Positions 11,957 through 19,079 of a stretch of 19,079 bases of DNA are shown in pieces; position 1 is the first letter of the stretch; the number at the start of each line of letters is the position of its first letter. Origin of the DNA: Paraspadella gotoi (taxonomy: Eukaryota > Animalia > Chaetognatha); NCBI GenBank assembly GCA_051294375.1, contig CM119267.1:8831588-8850666 (forward strand), written 5' to 3'. A program made the translations under genes and the position numbers. Below the pieces are notes generated by a model. The model worked only from the letters and a program-made list of their open reading frames with translations, was not told the DNA's origin and ran no database searches.

Positions 11957-14900
11957 ATGGTGAGACTGCGTGACCGGAGGAGGCCGTGTACGTCGGCGGC
12001 GACGGTCCGTCAGGGCGGGAACTGCGGTTGACGCGAGGGCGAGGGGTCGCGGTCGTGGGTGCCACAGGGGTTCTGGGGCTGGGCGTTCGAGGCTTTCGCT
12101 TTCCGGCACTGGCATGGAGGGTGCCGATGCGGTCATTGCGCGAATCCGCTTCAACGTTTGTTCCCGCTCTATAGGTCACGGGAGGGGGGGTGCGTGAGCG
12201 AGAGCCGCGGAGAGCGTGCGTCGGGCGGAGGGGGCGTGCGTGCGAGGACGCGCGAGGGGAGAAGAATCAGGGCGGCGGGAGGCGACCATTCATTTGGCGA
12301 GCCGAGACGGGGGTGCGGAGCGTTCGGGACAGAGAGAGGTGTAGGGGGAGTGTGTGCCTCGAGGTGTGTGGTTGTGTGTGGTGGGAGGTCGGGGTGTAGT
12401 GTGGTGGGTCGAGAGACTCATGGTGTGGGGTGCCTGCAGGGAAGTCTTCGCAAAGTGCTGTTGCTCTTGACGCGCGAGTCGTGCGAGCGCGTGAGGTGGT
12501 GCGGATGTTGTGCGGGAGCTTGTAAGGGCGCGTGCGCGAGTGCCTGTGGAAGTGCGCCGTTGGTGGGAGGATGTTGAGCCGGGAGCGCGTGGATGCGAGA
12601 GAGGTGGGTGTGCGCGAGAGTGCGAGCGAGTGCGAGTAGGGCGTATAGTCGAGAGTGCGTGTGAGTGTGTGAGCGCCTGCGTAGGGTTTCGTGGTGAGGC
12701 GGGCGAAGTTGGCGGGGAAGCTGCTCAGTCTCGCGGCGGAGAATGGATGCGAGTGTGGGAGGTGGTGAGAGCGCCGGTCGTGCTTGTTCGTGGCCGTGGG
12801 GCAACCGTGCCGTAGGCGGGGGGGACAAGGGCGGAGAGATATCGTGCGGCGGCGATAGACGAGGGGAAGACAGGGGGTCGCCGGTCGGCTGCGGGTTGGG
12901 GTGAGCGGGGTGGCGGGAAGAGAGTGGTGTGGGTGGGGTGCTGTGTTATCGTCTTTTTTGCAATTTGCTTCTCGCGCCTGTAATGTGGGGTTCGTCACGA
13001 TTATTATTGTGATTTCATGCGACGGCTGTGAGCGCATTGTAGGGAACTATTAAACTTATTCACTTGACGCATAGGGTATTTCGCGATAAATGACGGACGG
13101 TGAGTAGGATGTTTGCCGGGTGGACTGGTTACCTGGTAACTGGCTTCACTGGAGATTTATAGAGCTGAAACTAATACCATTAGTTATCTTAATATTAATA
13201 ATAATATTATACTATAGATATACAGGAATAACGAATCCTTACGGCAAAACCAGTTCTTCATCGAGCAATCCTTGCCGACGTCGCTCCGCCGACGAAGATT
13301 TCTCCGTCATCAACTCCGCTACTTTAATTCCCTGGGGGGGCGCACCCTTTCGGGGATGGTGGAGAGACCCACGGGTTGGTTTGTTGCGGTGGGGGCATTT
13401 TAGGAAATGAGGGCGGGAATTCTTTTTAATCTTTTTCCTTTTTCCTTCGGACAGGGCTTCGAGCAACCTGATGCTTTTCGTGTCCCAGTCGCCATCGGTC
13501 GGTCGCCTTTGCTCAACGTCTCGGCGCGGGACTACGACACTTCGACGGAACAGGTGAAGTCGACGAGGAACGAGTTTGAGTCTGAGGGCAATAAACAATT
13601 AAACATCCTTCTCTTACTTCTTTCCCCGACCCCCTGTTAGGGATTAGATTAGGATCACACTCGAACACGTACTTTCTATGATAATAAACACGATGCTCAC
13701 AGAACTGAAAGGGAACAAGTAATGAATGAACAGTGAATATCAATGAATATAAATATGAATATCACATGTCGGAAAGGTTGAGTCTTTGGAGATTCCTCTC
13801 ACGATTCCGTCTCCATCACTCCCGTCTCCGCCAGGCGTTCGAAGATACATCCACGTGGTCGATCTTGCTCGAGGTCACCTGTCGGCTGGTGAATAACTGG
13901 CCGAGATGGCGGGCGGCGGGAAAAGGCGGGCGCCGTAGGGCAAAGGTTGTTTGTTGTGCATAGCATTGGAGTGGGACTTGGGTTATGATACTTCTTTATT
14001 GTTGCATCTTCAGATTTATTACATAGCTTAAATAACTAATTACAAAGAAAAGAATTTATTTTTTAAATATAATTGTTTATTTAATTACTATATTCAAACA
14101 CTTATACATTGAGCAAGGACTGTCAGATATATAGGACTCCTAACATGAGTAATTCCCTTGATTTTTTTGTTCGTAGTGTGTTAATTACATTATTTATTGT
14201 ATTATTAACTTAACATTAATAATATTTACACAAGATACATAATGGTTATTATATTATAGTGTAAGCTAAGAAAAGGGCTTAGTGTTCAGACAGACCCTGA
14301 ATTTTTTTTTTTTTTTAATACCCAAAACAGTATTTAACAAAATCATAAACAATACGTGTAAAAACTGAAAACAAGTAAAAAACTAAACTACATATTGAAA
14401 TTCAATAAAAACAAAGACACTAACGTTTAAAATCATTAATAAATGTTATGAACTAATTCATAAGAAAACTATAAAAAAAACGGTTCAAGAACGTTCAAGA
14501 AAAAATGTAAAAATCATAAAACCGAAAAAGTAAAAAAACGAAAAATGTCAAGTATAAAAAGGAAGCGACATTAATATATGTGTTTAATACGTAAACTGTC
14601 ATGGTTTCATTTTCATAAAACGTCATTTAAGTATTTAATGCTTAGTGTAATACATATACCCAAAGATATATAATTATAAGTGTTTAAGTAAAGGCAGAGG
14701 GACCACAATGCTATTAATAGAAATAAAACTACAATCAATATATATTATATTGTATAGTATATTTATATATATATACTATATAGCACGCAATCAACGAGAA
14801 AGAGACACTAATAACAAAAAAGAGACGCTAAAAACGACCAATGAGACGCTAAAATACCAAAACCCTATCACGTAGTGTAAGAGTATATCACGTATATAAA

Positions 14901-17240
14901 CTAAGAGCGCTAATAATAATAAAGACAATAAAACAAAAGAGACGCTAATAAAAATAATGATAATACATAATAAAACAAAGACGCGATAACAAAGAGCACG
15001 CTAAAAAAATGCCACAAAAAATATAAATGTGTTCCCTCAACAACCCAATACGAATATACCCTCATTAATTAATAAGTTCCAAAAGCCATGAAATAAAATG
15101 TTATGAACTAATTCATAAGAAACTATGAAGAGACAAGTAATTATGATAAGTGTTATGACAGAACGTTTCAATATAGCAGTCCCTGAGCTTCGGATCAGGC
15201 TGTACACCATGTTACGGCGGGTTAAGCGCCCGTCCCTCTTAACTGCCCAGACGACCACCGGGCCTAGAACCCCGGACCTTTGGGTGGGAGCGAATACTTG
15301 CCTCCGGCACAATGGCCGCTGTGAACGGTTGGTGATTTTAGTCCACTACATCCCCCCCTCCGAGGAGAGTCTGTTGCGTCTCTTCAGTGATTTGTGTTGT
15401 TGGTGGAAAGTTCGTCACGAAGTTGAGGCATGTCGCCTGATGTTGAGGGCGGAAAGTGCATCGCCAGGTTGAGGCATGTCGTGAAAGTGTTGTTGTTTGC
15501 TGTTGTGTTCGGAAGTCGGGCCTCACCAATGAAGAGACAGTAAATTATTGATAAGTGTTAATGAAGAACGTTCAATACAAGCAGTCCTAGCTTCGGATCA
15601 GCTGTAAACCATGTTTTTTACAAGGCGGGTTAAGCGCCCCGTCCCTCTTAACTGCCAGACCGACCACCGGGCCCTAGAACCCCCGGACCTTTGGGTGGAG
15701 GCGAATGACTTGCCTCCGGCACCAATGGCCGCTGATGAGCGGTTGGTGGATTCTAGCCACCATACTATACAAGATAACGTTCAAGAACGTTCAAGAAAAT
15801 CAAATTTTTAAACAAAATATAAAAAGTAAAATAAAATACAGTAAGCAGTTAAAAACTAAAAACTATAAAAATCAGCAAAAACAAAAGACACTAAACGTTT
15901 AAATGGGCTCATGAATAAATGTTATGAACTAATTCATAATTTTTTAAATTTAAATCATAAAACCAAAAAAAAGTAAAAAAGCGAAAAATTCAAGTATAAA
16001 AAGGAAGCACCATTAATAAAGTGTTAAATGCGTTAAAACAGTCAAGGTTTTATTTTCATAAACTTCATTATAAGTATTTATTTCATGAAACTTCATTATA
16101 AGTATTAATGTTTAGTGTATAACATATACAAAGATGTATAATTATAATGTTTAAAGTAAGGGTAGAAGGACTACATTCTATTAATAGAAATAAAAACTAC
16201 AATTCAATATATACATTACATAACATTATACACACATATAAACATATATACAAGCACGCAAATCGACAGAGAGAGACACTAATATAAACAAAGACGCTAA
16301 ATAAAAACAAAGAGACGCTAAAAAAGAAATGAGACGCTAAAATAATGAAATGAGACGCTTAACAATACACAAAAACACTATATCACATTAAGTTATACAG
16401 AGTACATCCGACATATATATAACAAAGAGTAAATCACACCGTATATGTAAAGAACAAAGAGACGCTAAATAAAAATAATGATAATAATAATAAAACAAAA
16501 ACCTATAAAAGACAAATAAAATAAGGATAATAATAAAAAAAAATATTCATATTTGAAATAATTGAATAAAAACTAAGCGCTAATAAACAAAGAGACGCTA
16601 ATAAATAACCACATTAAAAAATATAAATATATATAGATCCAAGCTGGGACCATGATTCACCTTAGAATAATAAAGTATTTATTGAGTTATGAAAGGTCAG
16701 CCAGGATGAGATAAACTCTCAATCATTGAATGACATAATTATCTATCAAAATTATCACAATAATCTATGAATCAATTATTAAACTACTAAACAACATATA
16801 AAAGCATTGTAAAATCCAAAAATATGCTAATAATATACTGTAAAAAATCAACTTGAATTTAAATTATTTACTCTATATGCAAATGAGATTTATGCAAGTT
16901 GTTCTAAGAATCTATCTCTTTTTAGTAATTATTGTTGTAGTTTTTAATTTTGTCCTTGTTGGCGAAATCAAGAGTTGTGGCTTTGAAATGCGGATGACGT
17001 GGATTTTAAGATTCTTTCATTACTTAAAGATAAAGAGTCTCCCAAAATTGTAAAAAAAATTTTCTTCCTTAACTCTCGATGCTTAAGCTCTCGAGTCTGA
17101 CGGTTGAATCTGGGAACGGGAAAGGGCTACTCTGTGTTGGAGATGATTAAGGGCATGGAGGCCGCCTCGGGCCAAGAACATTCCCTACAAGATCTGCCCG
17201 CGTCGTCTCGGCGACGTCGCTGTCTGTTACGGCGACGTCG
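11957..17240 (+). CDS. GALE: UDP-glucose 4-epimerase, multi-exon; last exon lost at the N gap; apparent frameshifts probably sequencing errors
   Basis: Motifs occur in the correct order once single-base indels are allowed. VTGGG-YVG (Rossmann fold, 11970-11997). Exon 13226-13374: ITNPYGKT(K)FFIEQ..ADEDFSVIN-RYFN..GAHP. Exon 13455-13553: SNLMLFVSQ-AIGRSPLLNV..DYDT-DGT. Exon 13835-~13934: GVR-YIHVVDLARGHLSA, joined in phase as ACA G|GC. Exon ~17088-17240: [43 protein letters not shown]. GT-AG borders throughout. Exons in 12180-13099 are too noisy to delimit. Confidence 0.95.
14335..15030 (+). repeat. AT-rich modular repeat, copy 1 (inside GALE intron)
   Basis: Collinear with 15800-16630: AAAGACACTAA(A)CGTTTAAA, AAATGTTATGAACTAATTCATAA, TCAAGTATAAAAAGGAAGC, CTATTAATAGAAATAAAA, and a GAGACGCTA array. 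Confidence 0.9.
15126..15350 (-). repeat. 3' LTR (225 bp)
   Basis: The minus strand reads TGTAGTGGAC...TCTCTTCA, directly preceded by the PPT. Confidence 0.9.
15250..15319 (-). ncRNA. tRNA-derived (pseudo-tRNA, Gly-CCC-like) module in 3' LTR; putative internal Pol III promoter
   Basis: GCGGCCA...TGGTCGT form a 7-bp acceptor stem. T-arm CCGGG(G)TTCTAGGCCCGG has a B-box-like GGTTCTAGGC. Anticodon-loop-like C(C)TCCCAC. D-arm and anticodon stem pair poorly. Confidence 0.7.
15351..15361 (-). other. Polypurine tract (PPT)
   Basis: Minus strand GGAGGGGGGGA immediately 5' of the 3' LTR TG. Confidence 0.9.
15511..15528 (-). other. Primer-binding site (PBS)
   Basis: Minus strand TGGTGAGGCCCGACTTCC starts 1 nt after the 5' LTR CA; TGG is complementary to the tRNA CCA end. 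Primer tRNA not identified. Confidence 0.8.
15530..15762 (-). repeat. 5' LTR (~233 bp)
   Basis: Direct repeat of 15126-15350, differing mostly by 1-nt indels. Confidence 0.9.
15659..15732 (-). ncRNA. tRNA-derived module in 5' LTR
   Basis: GCGGCCATTGGTGCCGGAGGCAAGTCATTCGCCTCCACCCAAAGGTCCGGGGGTTCTAGGGCCCGGTGGTCG. A-box-like TGGTGCCGGAGG and B-box-like GGTTCTAGGGCC. Confidence 0.7.
15800..16630 (+). repeat. AT-rich modular repeat, copy 2
   Basis: Direct diverged copy of 14335-15030 with an internal ~29-bp tandem duplication (~16051-16108) and about eight GAGACGCTA-like units. Confidence 0.9.
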
Positions 17241-17367
17241 GTAAAAAAATGTATTGTGTTATAGGTCTATGCTATACTATACATGTATAGTTTGGAAAAT
17301 AATTAATTGGGTCTTTTTAATCAATTGGAGTTGTATGGTCAANNNNNNNNNNNNNNNNNNNNNNNNN

Positions 17368-17461
17368 TCCCTCCCCTCCTCCCTCTTCGACTTCGCCGAA
17401 TTTCGCAATTAAAGCCCCACGGATCCTCTGGGGCAAAAAGGCGTCGTCGACCTCGTGCTCT

Positions 17462-17500
<39 letters not shown>

Positions 17501-18258
17501 TCTTCTTCCTCTGGTTTTCTCTTCCTCTTCCTCCTCCTTTTCCATTTCCTTTTTACTCTCTTTATCCGTCCACAGTGACAACCTTCCTCTCTTGCNNNNN
17601 NNNNNNNNNNNNNNNNNNNNNNNNNNNNNNNNNNNNNNNNNNNNNNNNNNNNNNNNNNNNNNNNNNNNNNNNNNNNNNNNNNNNNNNNNNNNNNNNNNNN
17701 NNNNNNNNNNNNNNNNNNNNNNNNNNNNNNNNNNNNNNNNNNNNNNNNNNNNNNNNNNNNNNNNNNNNNNNNNNNNNNNNNNNNNNNNNNNTCTCTCTCT
17801 CTTTTCTCTTTCACTCACTTTTTCTCGACTCATTTCCTGCCTTTTCCTCCCTCATCTTCTTTTTTTCTTCTTTCTTTCTTTCCTTTTTCCTTCCTCCCTT
17901 TTAAAAAATTTCTCCTCGACTTAACCCCTTCAACTTTACTTCCCCGTTTGAGATGCTTCATCAAAAATGTGCATCTCCGTAAGACGTTATTTTTATTATA
18001 AAATTGGTACAACCAATATAAAAATTATCCATTCATTTAATAAATAAGCTATCTTGCCCCTGACTTTGGACAGGCTTTGGTGGTTTAAGGCCTCCATCAC
18101 TCTTACAAGATAATGACATAGCAGGTCCCTGCAAGCTTTCAATCAAGACTCTCTCACAGTCTTGTTTATTCACTCCCAGAGATTACTTTCCCCGTCCATT
18201 CATTCCGTTGCAGCGCATTTCGAAGCTTTCTCTTTATTCCTTCTTGAATTTTTTTCAT
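17368..18258 (-). CDS. Glu/Arg/Lys-rich protein gene, copy 2 (5' part)
   Basis: Homologous to 5285-6079. Poly-Glu tract then HEVDDAFLPQRIRGALIAKFGEVEE. First intron at 18186-17978. Confidence 0.45.
18006..18181 (-). mobile_element. 176-bp dispersed intronic element (copy b)
   Basis: Absent from the homologous intron at 5928-5988; flanked by ATT on both sides; inverted copy of 9201-9400. Confidence 0.85.
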
Positions 18259-18697
18259 TCTAATTGAAATCATTTAAAATTTTAGGTAGCTTCGTCCTTA
18301 AACAAATGGATAATTTTATACTGATTTTACCAATTGTTTAACGTTTCATTCATAAGTTCATTCAATAAAAACTATCTTCACAAGTTCATTTCACGCATTT
18401 TATTCCTTTCCACTTTTCTCTCAATATTTTCCAGACTTTTTTCACCGTCGGTTCTTCTCGAAAATCCCTAAAAGATTATGGATGAAATGAGTTTGAGTCT
18501 TTTTTAGTCCTTGAGAAAAAAAGGGTTCACAATTTTAAGGGATTTTAAGAAAGGAAAAAAAACTGTGGCCGTTGGTCTTTGGGAAGGAAGTTGTTGGGAT
18601 GAAAAGGTTTGTTCGGGGCGATAAAGTAAAAATGGTTTTGAGTTGTATTCCCTTATTTAATTGAAATGTAAATTGCGTGGAACGAGTACTGGTTAAT

Positions 18698-19079
18698 ATG
18701 GTAAATAGCTAATCAAAATTTTCTGTTTCCAAAAAAAAAACAAAAGTAGAAATAAAGTCGCACTTTTCCAAAAAAAAACATAGAATTAACGAAAAAAGTT
18801 TTGATGAAGAAACCAAGGAGAAAAAAATAAAGGTAATGTACTCAAACGAATCTCCACATCCTGATTTATACATAGATTGGGTTAAGAATGAATATTTATC
18901 AAAGGGTTCCATCGTCATGAAAGATCGAAAGAATAATTCAATATTGGTTGAGCAAAACAAGTCGCTAATAACATCAAAACATAGGGGCCGCGATTCTTTC
19001 AGAATGGATTGATTAACCCAATGAGGAGGAAAACGATGATAACGAGGACGACAACCCTCAACGTCTCTCTCTCTCTCTC
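18698..19079 (+). CDS. 5' part of an unknown Lys-rich then acidic protein gene, divergent from the Glu/Arg-rich gene
   Basis: Stop-free frame 18713-19009 (SKFSVSKKKTKVEIKSHF...SNESPHPDLYIDWVKNEYLSKGSIVMKDRKNNSILVEQNKS...), then NEEENDDNEDDNP in a shifted frame. Degraded homolog at ~6800-7250. Start uncertain; not in the ORF track. Confidence 0.5.

Larger units (their letters stand above)
15126..15762 (-). mobile_element. Complete non-autonomous miniature LTR retrotransposon (TRIM) with tRNA-like LTRs (Helenus/TRIMp3-type)
   Basis: Two direct repeats, 15126-15350 and 15530-15762, bounded by TG...CA, around a 179-bp non-coding interior. PBS and PPT abut the LTRs. Flanks are AACTA / TACTA. A matching empty site lies at ~14441-14500. 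Confidence 0.9.
17368..19079 (+). repeat. Copy 2 of the long direct duplication (partner ~5285-7250)
   Basis: Begins immediately after the 25-N gap; collinear anchors as listed for copy 1. Confidence 0.85.

Noticed and set aside
12059-13037. Long ORFs of 136-256 aa
   Set aside because: By-products of the G-rich error-laden sequence overlapping GALE.
13780-13925. LRR-like peptide on the minus strand (IDHVDVSSN, LQRLNLSD)
   Set aside because: Antisense shadow of the GALE exon YIHVVDLARGH.
14800-15005. CRISPR-like array of GAGACGCTA (also 16270-16600)
   Set aside because: The repeat is only ~9 bp, spacers are irregular and A-rich, the context is a eukaryotic intron, and there are no cas genes.
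15176-15302. HDV-like or twister ribozyme on the + strand of the LTR (GCAGT/ACTGC and GGCGGGT/ACTTGCC pairings, CGAAT)
   Set aside because: P1 is too short, there is no GG for P1.1 and no twister core. The minus-strand tRNA-plus-hairpin reading explains the sequence better and agrees with PBS/PPT orientation.
15250-15319. Functional tRNA-Gly gene
   Set aside because: Anticodon stem and D-arm pair poorly, there is no downstream T-run terminator, and it is embedded in both LTRs.
15037-15811. ORFs across the TRIM (e.g. 15125-15472)
   Set aside because: The frame is not conserved between the two LTRs and there are no gag/pol motifs.

Overview
Intron-containing eukaryotic genomic DNA (host not identifiable from the window) from an indel-rich, apparently unpolished long-read assembly with two N gaps (17343-17367, 17596-17791). 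Most ORFs in the supplied track are microsatellite or shadow artefacts. The one firmly recognisable gene is a multi-exon UDP-glucose 4-epimerase (GALE, + strand, ~11957 to >17240). Its ~3.1 kb intron holds an AT-rich modular repeat, and nested in that repeat is a complete 637-bp miniature LTR retrotransposon (TRIM, - strand, 15126-15762). The TRIM has TG...CA LTRs, a PBS, a PPT and a near-perfect target-site duplication, and each LTR carries a tRNA-like module; the sense strand has no Pol III terminator (Helenus/Cassandra-type architecture). Also present: a ~180-200 bp dispersed element that fills introns of two different genes from the 5' splice site (introner-like), a ~1.7-1.9 kb duplicated divergent gene pair (~5285-7250 vs 17368-19079), a probable F-box/LRR gene, several unassigned gene fragments and microsatellites.
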